Below are positions 22,695 to 35,792 of a stretch of 64,000 nucleotides of DNA, piece by piece. Numbering within the stretch: position 1 is the first letter of the stretch; each line of letters opens with the position of its first letter. The notes under the pieces were generated by a model. The model was not told the DNA's origin and did not search any database. It saw only the letters and a list, made by a program, of their open reading frames with translations. Origin of the DNA: Scenedesmus sp. PABB004. Its lineage: Eukaryota. The position numbers were made by a program, and so were the translations under genes. Location of the stretch: the NCBI GenBank assembly GCA_014905635.1, contig CM026547.1:2294001-2358000 (forward strand), written 5' to 3'.

Positions 22695-22842
22695 CATGCC
22701 GGCGGCGGCTGACGTGCGGATCGACTGGCGAGCCGGATTGGGTGACAAGGCACGTTGCACGTCGCCGCCCTCACACGCGCGCTCGCGCTCCGCTCAACGC
22801 CCCACTCAGCAGCCCGCGCTGGCCGCCCCGCCGCCGCCGCGC

Positions 22843-25800
22843 TCACACGTCGCGGTCGGCCATGTCGGCGTCGGCGCCCTGGTCGCTTTGCCGCATCGCC
22901 GCGCCGCGCTCCCCCTCGCCGCCCAGCTCCCCCAGCTCCAGGCCGACCTCGTCGGCCAGGTCGCTGCCGCTGCCGCCGGCCGCCGCCCAGGGCGCGCCCG
23001 CGGGCGCCGCGCGCGGCGCGCGGCGCGGCCGGCTGCAGCTGCCGTCGCTGCTGTCGCCGTCGTCCTCGCCGCCGCGCGGGCCGCGGCTGCTGCTGGTGCT
23101 GGTCGTGTCGGCGCCGCCCGCGCGGCGCGCGGCGCGCGGCGCAAAGCCCTGCCCGCCGGCCGCCACGGGCGAGCCAGGGCCCGCGCAGCCGCCGACCGGC
23201 ACGGGCGACGCGCGGCCCGCCGCGGCGGCGCGGATGGGGCTGGGCGAGCCCCACTCGCCCGCGTCGCCGCCCAGCGGCGCGCCGAGCAGCAGCGGCCCGT
23301 CCGTCTCCATCGCCGCGCCGCCGGGCGCCGGCGCCGCCGAGGGCGCGGCCGCCGCGGCGGCCGCGGTGTCGGCGGCGGCCTGGCGCTGAGCCTCGGCCTT
23401 GGCCGCGACGTGCGCGGCGCGCGCGGCGAGCAGCTCGTCCACCAGGCCGGGCGGGTCGGCGGCCGCCTCGGTGCGGCGGCGATAGAACAGCACGTACGCG
23501 GCGCGGCTCTGGACCTGTGCGGGCCGGGGCGGGCGGCGGCGCGTCAGCGGCGGCGGCGCGGGCGGGCGCTGCGCGGCGGTGCTGCACGCGGGCGCTGCGC
23601 GGCGGCGCGGGCGGGCGCCGCGCGCGTGCGCTGCGTGCGCGGCGCGCACCGCCTCCGGGCTGATCTCCTCGACGCGGCTGTCGTCGAAGCAGTGCCAGCG
23701 CCGGTCGTCGGGCATCTGCGCCGCCGCGGTGTAGTGCCCGCCGCCGAGGCCGCCGTAGTGGTTGCTGACCGCGTAGCAGTCGTACAGCGGCGGCGACGCC
23801 TGCGGGCCGAGCACGTAGCGGGAGAGGTCGAGGCCCTCCAGCGGGAACAGCACCTGCGTGTCGAGCTTGTCGCGGTTCCAGCGCGTGTAGCTGAAGCGCT
23901 TGAGGTGCACGACCAGCACCTCGGGCAGGCTCCACAGGTCCAGCTTCTTCTCAGCCTGCAGCCGCGCGCGCGGGGCGACGGCGGCGGCGATGCGCGGCGG
24001 GCGGCGCAGGGGGGTCAGCGGCGCGCGACGGCGGCGTGGCATGCGCGCGCGAGGCGACGCGCGCGCGACGCGGAGGCGGCGGCAGCGGCGGCGGCGCCCG
24101 GGTGCGCGCCTGCACGTGCGTCTTGCACTTGGGGCAGTACCACTCGTCCGCCTCGCTGAGCTGCTCGGGCTGCAGGAACGTCTCCACGCACGCCTCAAGG
24201 CCGACGCTGCGGCCGCGCGGGTCGGCGCGCGCCGCGCGGATGGGCTCCAGGCTCGCGTCAAACTCGGGCTGCTCCAGCGCGCCCAGAACGTAGTCGCCCA
24301 CGACCACCACGTCGCCGCCGGGCGCGGCCGCCGCCGCGCAGCCGCCGGGCGGGCCGCTGCCGGGCCCCGGCGGCGCCCAGAAGTGCGGGTCGGCGCTCGG
24401 GCCGGGCGGCGCGAGCACCGGCGTGGGCTGCCCGTCGTCGTCGCCGCCCTGCGCCTGCAGGGCCGGTGGCGGCGCCCCCGCCGCGCCCGGCTGCTGCTGC
24501 TGCTGCTGCCCCGGCTGCTGCTGCTGCTGCTGCGCTACGCCGCCCTGCTGCTGGTCCAGCTGCTGCTGGTCCGGCTGCTGCTGCTGCTGCTGCTGCTGGT
24601 CCTGCTGCGGCTGCTGCTGCCGCTCCGCGTCCGCCGCGGCCGCCGCTGCGAGGTAGGCCTCCGCGCTGTGCGCCGCGCCGCAGCCGACCTGCCAGTCCAG
24701 CACGAACGTGCTGTGGTGGACGTGGGGGTGGAAGTGCGACGCGCACCACGACGCCACGCTCGTGCTGCAGTCCGCCGTGTCGCGCGCGAGCTTGAGCAGG
24801 TACGGCGGCCAGGCAGCGCCGCCCGGCGTGCCCCCGCCCGGCGTGCCCGCGCCGGGCGTGCCCGCCGCGGGCGCGGCGGGCGCCGGCTGCGCCGCCCAGA
24901 GATCCAGCGGCGTGACCGGCACGCCGCCGCTGCCCAGCACGCCGGTGGCGCTGCCGGCCGCGGCGCCGCCGAGCTCCGCCGCGGCGAGCGCGGCCGCCGG
25001 GTCGGCCTCGCCCTCGCTCGGCGAGCCGCCGCCGGCCGGCGCCACCGGCTGCAGGTCCTCCAGGCCGCCCAGGTCCATGTCGCTGGCGGCGCCGCTGCCG
25101 CTGCCGTGGCTGCCCCACGTCGAGTTGTTGTCGCCCGCCTCGCTCGCGGCGGGCGGCGCGGCGCCGCGCGGCGCCGCGCCCGACGCGTGGCGCGAGGTGC
25201 AGCAGGGGTCGGGGCTGGGGCTGGGGTCGGGGCTGCCGGGCAGGGCCGACGCCGCCGCCATCGACACGTCCGGCGCGCCCGCCGCGCCCGCCGGCTGCGC
25301 CGGGGCCGGCGCGCACGCGGCGCCGCCGTCGCCGCCGCCGCCGCCGCCGCCGCCGCAGCTCGGCGGCGCGCGCTGGCGCAGCGCGGGCACCGCCAGGAAG
25401 GGCCGCAGCATGCGGCGCACGTGGCGCCACAGCGGCGCGGCGTGGCACAGCGCATACTCCTGCTGCCCGTTGGCGCTCAGCCCCGCGCGCGCGACGTGGC
25501 CCGGCTCGTACGTCTCGCCCGGCGGCAGCCACAGCAGCAGCGGCGCACTGAACTTGTCGTCGCCGCCGCCGCCGCGCCGCTGCCCCGCGCGCCGGTGGTA
25601 CACCACGACCTGCCGGGGGCGCCGCGAGCGGACGCGCCGTGAGCGGCGGTGCGGGCGGCGGCGGCGCGGGCAGCGTGTGCTGTCGCGCGGCACGCCGCAC
25701 CTTCTGGTTGCCCTCGCCCGCCGGGCCGGCGGCGGGGTCTGCGTAGTAGTAGACCAGCAGCGCGCCGGGCGGGCTGACGCTGCGCGGCTGCAGCTCGCTC

Positions 25801-28633
25801 ACGCGCGTGCGCGCGTCCTCGTGCACCACCAGCGCGTAGCTCGACGTCAGGCTGCTGCTCAGCCGCGCCGCGACCAAGTGCTCCTCGGGCCGCTCCAGCG
25901 CCAGGCCCGCGGCGCGCACGAGCGCGGCATACAGCTCCCGCAGCGTGCCTGGCCGCGGCGGCGGGTGCGCGGCGCCGGGTGAGGCGTGGGCGCGGGGCGG
26001 CCGCGGCAGTGCCGCGGCCGCCCTCCGCGCCGCGCCGCGCCGCGCCGCGCCGCGCCGCACCGCTGTGCGGCACCTCCAGCCCGAACTCGCGCGGCGGCGC
26101 GGCGCCGTCGGCGTGCAGCAGGATCGCCTCGACCTGGCGCACGCGGCTCTCTGGCAGCGGGAGGCTGAGGTACATGAAGGGGTCGAGCTTGACGCTGCTG
26201 TACCCGCACCCCGGGCACACGAGCGTCGACTTGTACAGACCCTGGCGCCGCGGGGCGCGCGGCGCAGAGAGGCGCAGCGCGGGGCGCGCGTGGGGCCCGG
26301 CAAGAGCGTCGGGCGGGGTGCACGGGGCGGGGCGGGGCGGGGCGGATGCGGATGCGGCGGCGCGCGCGGGGCGGCGGCGGCGCGCGGGCGCGCACTCACC
26401 TGAAAGTGGTCGACGATGTGCGAGTCGTTGCGGGCACGGTAGTTGGCCCACGCGCGCGCCGCGAGCTCCGCGTCGGGCACGCCCTCGCTGTCCGGCTCCT
26501 GCGCGCGCCGGCCGGCGCGCGGCGGCGTGCGGCCGTGGGCGGCGGCGCGCAGGCAGCGCGCGGCCGCGCAGACGCGCCCGCCGCCGCCGCAGCAGCCGCC
26601 GCGGTCGGGCGGCGTCGCCGCCGCGGTCACCTCGATGTAGGGCTTGACGTGGATTCGGTTGATGTCCTCGTGCAGGCCGTCCAGCAGGAAGGCGAGAAAC
26701 TCTTGGCTGTCGTGCTGCTGGTAGCCGCTGAACTGCGGCGCAAACTGCGCGATCTTGGCCTTGAAGCCGCGCGGGCTCACCGTGCCGACCTCGGGCTGCG
26801 CGGCGCGGCGCGGCGCGGCGCGGCGCGGCGCGTGGCGGCGCAGCGCGGGCGGGCGCGTGGGCGGGCGCAGGCGAGCGGGCGCGGGCGCGGGCGCGGGCAT
26901 GGAAGCGCTCTGCGGCAGGCGGCAGGCGGCGGCGCGGCGCGGGCACGCACCCGCCAGAGGTTGGCCATGAGGCCGCCAAACGCGGTCGCGAGCTGGCCGG
27001 CCATGCCGAGCGGGTTGGCGGTGTTGAGGTCTGCCTCGTACGTGCCGCTGAGGAAGACGCGCATGAGCGGCACGCTGTGCATGAGGCACTGCAGGCTGCT
27101 GTTCATGAAACAGGTGTTGCCCAGGTTGACCAGGCCCACCAGACCCGGCCGGCCGTCCGAGCGCTGCGCCGGCGGCAGAGGCGGCGGCAGAGGAGGCGGC
27201 GGCGCGGGTGGGCGTGCGCGGCGCGCGGGCGCGGCGCGCGGGCGCGGCGCGCGGGCGCGGCGCGCGGGCGCGGCGGCGACCGCCGCCCGCGCCGCCGGCG
27301 TGCCGCCGCCGCCGCACGTGCACGGTCGAGTCCTCGAGCGCAAAGCTGTTGGCGCGCCCAAACATCGGCCGCCCGCTCCCCATCGCGATGACCGGCCCGC
27401 CGCTGCCGGTCTTGGCGTCCGCCACCGCCTCCAGCGGGTTGTCCTGCGAGCGCGGCAGCGGGCGCCCCTCGGCCCCCGCCGCGCCCGCGCCGCCGCCGCC
27501 GCCGCCGCGCCCGCGCCGCCGCCGCCGCCGGCGCGCCTCTGCCCCGCCCCGCCCGCGCCGCCGCGGCGCGCACCTTGTCGTCGAGCAGGATGGCCTGGTT
27601 GTCCACGACGCGCACCTCGCCCATGGTGCTGTCGAGCAGGAGGTCGAGGTTGGCGTACTTGCCGTTGTGAAAGTAGTCCCAGATCTCCGCCCGCCCCGGC
27701 TCCACGCCAAACGCGGCGCACGCGCGCTCCTTGAAGCTGCGCACCGTCTCCTGCGAGCGGCGCGGCGCGGCGGCGGCGCGTGGCGGGGGCGCGGTGCGTC
27801 GGCGCGGCGTCGGCGCGCGGCGGGGGCGCGGCGGCGGCGCGCGGTGGCGGCACGCGGCGGCGGCGGCGCGCGGGGCGCGCACGTTTGTGTCGGCGACCAT
27901 GTCTTTGAACTCGTTGGGCGCGCCGCCCCACACGACCTCGAGGCGCAGCGGGTAGATGATGACGCGCGCGCGCTTGTTGTGCGCGGCGCGGCCGCCCGGC
28001 ACCGCGGGCCGCGCGATCGTCGGCCCGCCGCCGTACCAGCCGTGCAGCAGCGCCCAGGAGCCCGCCGACACGATCTCAAACTGCTCGTTCTCGCTCAGCC
28101 CCGGCGCGAGGTCGCCGTTGAGCCCCACCACGGCGTCGTTCGAAATCGCGCCCGGCGCCGCCGCGCACGCCGGCGGCGCCGGCGCGGGCGCCGCGCCCGG
28201 CGGCGCCGGCGCGGCCGCGTCCGGCGCCGGCTGCTGCGCGTGGCTGAAGCCCGTGTGCGCGCACCAGTCGGCCCACCACCTGCGGCGCCGCGCGCGCGGG
28301 GGCGCGCACACGCTCGGCGGGCGTGGGCGCGGGCGCGGCGCCGCGCTGCTGCGGACCGGGGCCGCCGCGGCCGCCGCGGCCGCCGCGCGCGGCGCGGGGC
28401 TCTTGCGCTCACGACTTGCTGATGATGTACATCTGCGCGCCGCTCTCGACCTCCCGGCGCTCCTCGGCCGCGACGGCGGCGGCCTGCGCCGCGGGCGCCG
28501 GGCGCGCGCTGCCCCCGCCGCCGGCCTCGGCGTCGGGGGCCACGCCGATGCAGGCCAGGTTGTTGCCCTCCTCCATCATGCTGTCGGCGGCCGGCGAGGG
28601 CGCGGCGCCGCCCAGCAGCAGCGCGTGGTCCAT
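22843..28633 (-). CDS. Ubiquitin-specific protease, USP4/11/15 (plant UBP5/8-11) type with DUSP-UBL, 12 exons
   Basis: DUSP motifs (WWADW, PGAISN, GWYGGG), Cys box [29 protein letters not shown], His box [17 protein letters not shown]. Confidence 0.94.
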
Positions 28634-29251
28634 CAGAGCAGCGGCGGCGCCGCTGTCGCTGGCGCCCGCCCCCCGGGGCGCGCGGGCGCCGGCCGAGGCC
28701 GGAGGCGCCCCTCAGACAGTACAGGCGAGGACCGAGGGCATGCCGCGACCGCGGTGCGACGTCGGGCGTCGGGTGGCGGGCGGCGCCTGCTGCTGCTCCG
28801 CGGGCGAGAGGCCCTGGGCGCGAGCGATGGCCCGGGACGGTGGGGCCCGCAAACGTGGGCTCGGCGTGGCGCGCCCAGGCGCACAAGGGCAGCGCCCTGA
28901 GCCCTGGCGCCAGGCTTGGCGCCGTTTGATGTGCCCCGTCCGCTGGGCGCGCTGAGCCATCCCCCACACGCGCGTCCAGCACCACAACAACACGCCGCGC
29001 CACGCCCGCCGCCGCCGCCGCCGCCGTCGCCGCCGCCGTCGCGCCGCTGCTGCCGCCTCTTCTTCTCACTCTGGGCACCACGCCGCCACGCCGCACACCG
29101 CGCCCTCGCCACCCCGCCGTCCTCTGACTGCTTGGAGACCGCGCCAGCCGGGCGGCGCGGTGCCAGCGCTGCCGGCGCCAGCTGTGCCGCTGCCAGCGCC
29201 AGCTGCGCCCTGCGCCAGCCTGGCGGGTGGCGCGCCGGGCGCAGGGCGGCG

Positions 29252-29596
29252 ATGGACACGTATGAGCGCACCTACAGCAGCGCGCTGCTGCCGGGGCAGC
29301 CGTCAGAGACGGCCGACGACTACGCGATCGCCGTCGCGGTCGCCGAGTCGCTCGCGGACGACCCGTCCGCGCCGCCGCTGCCGCCGGAGCCGCCGACGGC
29401 GCCGCCGCTGCCGCGCGCGGACACCAGCCTGGACGAGGCGCTGGCGATGCAGCTGCACGAGCACGAGGTGGAGCGCCTCGGTGCGCCCCCGGCGCGGCGC
29501 GGCGCGGCGCGGCGCGGCGCAGCGCGGCGCGGCCGGGGCGCGGCGCGCGGGCCGGCTCGCCCGCCCCGCCGCCGGCTCGCGTGCCCCGCCGCCGGT

Positions 29597-29630
<34 letters not shown>

Positions 29631-30414
29631 CTCACGCCCCCCCCCCCCCCTCACGCGCGCCGCCGCCTCGCGCGCCCCGCGCCCCACGCCCCGCGCAGTG
29701 CACCCGCGGCACGCGAAGCGGGCGCGCCGGCGCGAGCGCGCGCTGCAGGCGGTGCTGGGCGGCCTGGGGCTGGCGCGGCAGCGCGTCATCCCGCGCACCA
29801 ACCCATGCATCCAGGCGCTCTCGCCCGACCACGTGAGCGCCGACCGCGCGCGCCTGCTGCTGCGCCTCGACATGTGGGCCCTGCAGGAGCGCCCCGTGGT
29901 CGGCGACGGCGCGTGCCAGTTCCGGGCGATCGCAGACCAGCTGTTCGGCCGGCAGGAGCTGCACGGCGAGGTGCGCGCGCGCGTGGTCGCGCAGCTGCGC
30001 GCCGCGCCGGAGCTGTACCGTGACTACGTGCCCGACGCCGACTACGCGTCGTACGTGCGCGCCGCGGCCAAGCCGGGCACGTGGGGCGACCACGTCACGC
30101 TGCAGGCGGCGGCCGACGCGTTTGGCGTGCGCATCCTGGTCGTCACGTCGTTCCTGCAGGCCAGCGTGATCAGCCTCGCGCCGCTGCGCGCCCGCCGAGC
30201 GCCCCCTGAGCGCACGCTGTACCTTGCCTTTTGGGCGGAAGTACATTACAACTCACTCGCGCCCAAGGAGCCCGGATCGCCGGGCGCGTCGGACGGCGGC
30301 GGCGGCGGCAGCGGCAGCAGCAGCAGCGACGACAGCAGCGGCGGCGGCGCGCGGAAGCTGCTGGGCAGCAAGAAGCTGCGGCGCGCGGCGGACGCGGTGC
30401 TGCACCTGGGCTGA
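29252..30414 (+). CDS. OTU-domain deubiquitinase (plant OTU9-12 type), 2 exons
   Basis: GDGACQFRAIADQ, WGDHVTLQAAAD, FWAEVHYNS. Two ubiquitin-binding-like helices in exon 1. Confidence 0.9.
29598..29650 (+). repeat. Poly-C tracts (C32 and C14) in the OTU intron
   Basis: Direct reading. Confidence 0.9.
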
Positions 30415-31178
30415 CGGCGCGGGCGCGGGCAGGGGGCGGTGTGAACTCAACCAACAAACTCGGGGACGGCGCCGCGAGGCGCTGCGCGCGGAGCGCGGCG
30501 GTCAACGCGCGTTTAACAATAACAATCGGCCCCGCCGCGGCCTGCATTCAGACTCGCGCGCGCCGGCCAGCGAAACTGATGCTGCCCCCCCCCTTTTGTA
30601 CACGTGAGAGGGCCGCGGCCCCCGGGATCCCACACGCGTGCGCCACGCCGTGCACCACCGCACCGCTGGGTGGGTGGTGGTGGGGCCGGGCCGCGCGTCG
30701 CCGCCAGATGATGGGACTGTGGACTGCGGATCGCGGTGGTGGGGGCCCCGCCGCCGGGGCGGCCCCCTGCACACGCCGAGCCCTGAGTGCAGAGTGCAGC
30801 GCTAACTGCCCGCCCGTCAACGCCCGCCCGAGCGCCCGCAAAGCGATGCCGCGCCGCGGGGCCGCTGCCGCCGCGGGCGGGTGAGATGCACGCCTGCCTA
30901 GCCACCGGGCCCGCCGCGCCGGCCGCGCAGCAATGCCGTGCGCGCGCCGCCGCGCCGGGCCGGCCTTATTGCCAGTGCACGCGAGCGAGTGAGCGGCAGC
31001 GCAGGCCAACCATGGTGCGCAGCTGTGGCATCACGCACGCACAAGTGCTGCCCCCCGAGCGAGCGCGGCGTTGCTTGCTCAGCACCGCCCCGCCGCCGGC
31101 CACGAGCTGCTGCGGCGGGCGCCGCCGCCGCAGCTCGCGGGCGCGCGCCGCGCGCACGCACAGCAGCGCGCCGCGCGC

Positions 31179-32470
31179 TCACGCGCGCGCGCGGAGCGCG
31201 TCGGAGAGGTCGAAGCGCTCGAACTCGCCGGCCTCGTGGAGGCGCTGCGCGTAGCGGTAGCCGAGGAGGATGATCTTCTTGAACTCCCGGAACTCCTTGA
31301 GCGTGAGCATGTCGAAGCGGCCGTTGCGCACGATCGCGGGGTCGAAAAAGTAGTCAAACACGACCGCGTCGCCGCCGCACTTGAGCAGGTCGCAGTTGTC
31401 GTTGGCGAAAAAGTCGGGGAAGCTGCCGTCCAGGCACTGCGCGCGGCGCGGGCGCGGCGGCGGCGGTGGCGGCGGCGGACGCGCGTGGGCACGTGCGCGC
31501 GCGGCGGGCGGAGAGGCGGCGGGCGGCGGCGCGGCGCCGTCGGCCCCCCGCGCGCCGCGCCGCCGCGCACCTGCACGCCGCGGCACTCGCGCGTCATCTT
31601 CCAGTCGAGGAAGAGCGGCACGTGCGCGCTGGCCATGGCGACGTTGATGAGGTCGGCCTTGTCGGTAAAGGCGTCGATGCACACCTGGTCGCACCGCGGC
31701 AGCGTCGTCACGACGATGCCGACCTGCCCGCTGCACCGCTCCGCCGCGTCGGCCGGGAGCAGCTCGTCCAGCCACGCCTCGATGAGCCCGCCCCACGTGC
31801 CCATGAGCCCCAGCGGGCGCTCCCACACGTTGTGCTTGCGCGAGTGCGCGAGCGCGCTCTCCATGACCGCCTCGGGCGGCACGTCGCACGCGGCGAGCAC
31901 CGCCGCGAGCCCGCCGCCGCTCGCGCCGACCATGGGCACCTTGCTCAGCGCAAAGTGCTGCGCGAGGTACTGCACGGCGCCGAGCTGCCACCAGAAGTAG
32001 ATGCCGCTGCCGGCCCAGCTCAGGCGCAGCTTGGGCTTGACCGCGGACGGCGCTGCGCGGCGGGCGGGCGGCCGGCGCGGGGCGGGGCGAGTCGGCGGCG
32101 CGGCCACGTGGCGGCCGTGCGGCGCAGCGCTGCGCAGCAGGCGGCAGCCGCGCGCGGGCGCCGGCGCGGGCGCATGCATGCGCGGGGGGGCGCGCGCGCG
32201 CGGGGACACCCGGGAGGGCCGGCGCGGCTGCGCACCTGCGACGGGCACGGGCTTCGCCGCCGGCGCCGGCGCGTAGCTGGGCGGCAGCACCAGGCCGCCC
32301 AGGCCGACGAGGCCGTCTGCGGTGGGCTGGCGCTGCAGGCTCGCGGTGCGCGCCGCGACGGTCGGGCGCGGCGCCGCGCCGCCGCCGACGCGGGTCGGCA
32401 CGAACAGGCTGCCCACGCTGGGCGGCGCCACGGCGCCCCGCGCGGGCGCCTGGACGCCGCGCTGCTGCAT
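31179..32470 (-). CDS. Patatin-like phospholipase/lipase, 3 exons
   Basis: LSWAGSGIYFWWQLG, GASGG nucleophile elbow, ASAHVP, CLDGS. Confidence 0.87.
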
Positions 32471-33208
32471 GGCGGCCTGCGGGCGCGCCGCGGTCAGCGG
32501 AGTAGAGTTAGTGCGCCATCAGAGCCCCCCAACTCCCCCCACGCACGCCCGCACGGCCTGGGCCGGCCGCTGGACGTGCCCAGGCGCGCGCTGGAGCGCC
32601 CAGCTCCGCCGCGGGGGCTGGCGCGCAGCCCGCACACCGCAGGCGGCCGCGCTCTAGAAGACAGTGCGCCCGCCTCCCCCGCACGCCGGCCCCCGCGCCC
32701 GCCGCGGCCGCGCGACGCACCTGACGACGCTGGCGAGGTCGGCGCGCGCGGTCGGTCGCAACGAGGGAGGGTTGCCGCGGGCAAGGAGAGGGCGCTGCGC
32801 GTTGGGGGCGTCGCGTGCGCGTGAGGCGGCGGGGTGTGGAGCGGCCGGGGGCGTCGCGAGAACGTGGTTCGCAGCGCTCAACAACGGCACCTCCGGCTGG
32901 ATGCGGGGCGCCAACCAAAACTAACACGTCGCTCGACGCAAGAAAGTCGCGGCGGCGCGCACTCGTGCGCTGCCCGTCGTCTGCGTCGTCGCGACCGTGT
33001 CTGTGCGCGCGCCGCCCGCAGCCGCCCCGGCAGCAGCGAGACGCGGTCACCGCTCGGGCTGCTCGCGCCCCCGCGCCCTGCCGAGGACGCCTGTGACGTA
33101 CACACATCCCCGCCAGCCCGGCGCGCCGTCGCGCGGCGCCCACAGCGCCGGCGGCCGGCGGGGGCGGCAGCGGCGGCGGCCGGCGCGGCCCGCGCGGCGC
33201 GGGCCGTG

Positions 33209-34756
33209 ATGCTGCGCTTCACCGGCTGCGCGCACTTTCGGCAGCGCCTGCTGCTGTCCACGCTCAGCGGGCGCGCGATCCGCATCGACGACATCCGCGC
33301 CGGCGAGCAGAGCCCGGGCCTGCGCGACTTTGAGGCGTCGCTGCTGCGGCTGCTGGAGAAGCTCACCAACGGCTGCGTCGTGGAGATCAACGAGACGGGT
33401 GTGCGGGGGCCCCTGCAGGGGCCGGCGCGCGCGCGCGCGGGCGCGCGGGCGGGCGCGCGAGCCAGACGCAGCCGGCCGCCGGCGCTTGCCGCCGCAGCGC
33501 CGAGGCGCCCCCGCGCGCGCCCGCCCCGCGCGCGCCAGGCACGAGCCTGCGCTACCGCCCGGGCGTGATCATCTGCGGCGGCGGCCTGGTGCACGACTGC
33601 GGCGCCGGGCGCAGCATCGGGTACTACCTGGAGGCGCTCGTGCTGCTCGCGCTCTTCGCCAAAAAGGTGCGCCACCTCAAGGGCAGCCGCGCCAGGGGGG
33701 CGCGCCGCGCGCCCAAGGCCCGGGCCCCGCGCGCGGGCCCAGCCTCCCGCCGCTGGTGGTCAGCCCCGCCGCCGGCGCGCCGCGCCGGCGCGCCTCCCAG
33801 CCGCCCCCCGCCGCCGCCGCCGCGCGCCGCGCGCCAGCCGCTGTCGATCACGCTGCGCGGCGTGACGAACGACCACCTCGACCCGAGCGTCGACCTCTGG
33901 CGCACGGTGGGGCTGCCGCTGCTGCGCAAGGCCGCGGGGCTTGACGACGCGGGGCTGGAGCTCAAGATCGTGCGCCGCGGCGCGCGCCCCGCCGGCGGCG
34001 GCGAGGTCGCGCTGCGCGTGCCGCTCGTGCGCGCGCTGCCGCCGGTGTCGCTCACCGACGAGGGCATGGTGCGCCGCGTGCGCGGCATCGCGTACTCCAT
34101 GCGGGTGCGCGGCGCGGCGCGGCGCGGCGCGGCGCGCGCAACAGGTGCAGAGGCAGCCGCGCCGCCCGCGCTCGCGCGTGCCCGCCGCGCCCACCGACGC
34201 CGCCGCCCGCGCGCAGGTCCCGCCGGCCAACGCCAACCGCATGGTCGACGCGGCGCGCGGCGTGCTCAACGCGCTGCTGGCGGATGTGTACATCTTCACA
34301 GACGCGGCCGGCGGCGGCGGCGGCGGCAGCCCGGGCTACGGCATCACCCTCGTCGCGGAGACCACGAGCGGCTGCCTGCTCAGCGCCGAGGCGGCCGCGA
34401 CGCAGGGCGCGCGCGGCGCCGGCGGCGGCGGCGGAGGCGGCGATGCGGAGGAGCCGCTGGTCGTGCCGGAGGACATCGGGCGCGCCGCGGCGCAGCTGCT
34501 GCTGGACGAGGTCGCGCGCGGCGGCGTGGCCGACGGCACGCACCAGGGCCTGCTGCTGCTGCTCGCGGCGCTGGGGCCCGAGGAGATGAACTGCGTGCGC
34601 CTCGGCCCGCTCACGCCCTACGCGGTGCGCACGCTGCGGCACGTCAAGGAGTTTCTGGGCGTCACGTTCAGCATGCGCACCGAGGCGGCCAGCGGGACGA
34701 TCTACCTCAGTTGCGTCGGCGCGGGGCTCAAAAACATAAACCGCAAGGTCACGTGA
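33209..34756 (+). CDS. RCL1: RNA 3'-terminal phosphate cyclase-like protein, 4 exons
   Basis: HFRQRLLLSTLSG, PGLRDFEASLLRLLEKLTNG, INETGTSL, RGVTND, PEDIG, SCVGAG. Confidence 0.95.
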
Positions 34757-35792
34757 CCCGCGGCGGCGGCGGCGACGGGGCGGGGCCGCCGCGTGCCGGC
34801 TGGCAGCTGCAGGCGCAGCAGCCGCGGCGGGCGGGGCGAGGTAATGCCGACCGGTCAATCAATTACACGCGCCGGACGGATGTGCGGGGCCGGCGCGGCC
34901 CGAGGCTTTGCAGCCAGCGGGCGCGCGGCCTGCCGAGCGTGCGTTGGCGCAGCGCCGACACGCTGCGAGCGCTCGCACGCGCGTGGGCGTGCGTGCGATA
35001 GATCGCCCGACGACGCGCAGCCCGTCTATGTCAGCGGCGGCAGCTGACCCGCGCGGGGCTCGGCGGCAGCAACGGCCCTGTGCCGGCGCGGAATGCGCGC
35101 GCCGGCGCGCAGCGCGCGTGCTGCCGCCCCCGACGGCCACAGGGCAGACCGCGACCAACGCTATCAACGCCACGCTAGTGTGCGGCCCGTGGGGCGCTGC
35201 CGCTCCAAGCAATCGCGTCCGCCGCGCAGCTGCTGCGCGGCGGCGCTGAGCGCCGCGCAGCGTTCGCGGGAGCCGTCGCCGCCGCCCTCTCCCTAGCTGC
35301 CGGCGGCACCGACCAGGGTGCAGGTGGCGCCTGCAAGGAAGGCGCTGCGGGAGCGCCGCGCCTGCGCCGCCTGGGGCGCCGCCGCGCGCGGCGCTCCCGG
35401 CAGCGCAACACAGTGAGTGACTCACGCCCAAGGCCCTTCATTTGGAGCTGGTCATCACGGCAACCAACCAGCCATTCTCCCCACACACCCACACCCACAC
35501 ACCGGCGCACACACCCCGCCTGCGGCCCACGCGCGGCAGGCAGCGCCGCGCCGCGGGCCGCGGGGTCCGGTGTTATGCCGCTGCGCGCGTCCCGCCGCGG
35601 CCGCGCGGCGGCCGGCTGGGCCAGCAGCCGCCGCGCCGCGCCGCGGGCGGCGCAATCGAGACAGTCCCACGCCGGCCAGTACCGACTGAGCGCAGCTAGC
35701 TGTACAGGGTGCGATACTCCTGCTGGACCCCCCCCCCTGATGCCCGCCAGCGCCCCGCAAAACGCGCGCTCCGCGCCGCGGCCGCGGCGTGC

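Noticed and set aside
35410..35460. Box C-like GTGATGA (minus) and a 10-nt 18S-complementary TTGGAGCTGG (plus), suggesting a snoRNA
   Set aside because: The two elements are on opposite strands and there is no suitably placed D box.
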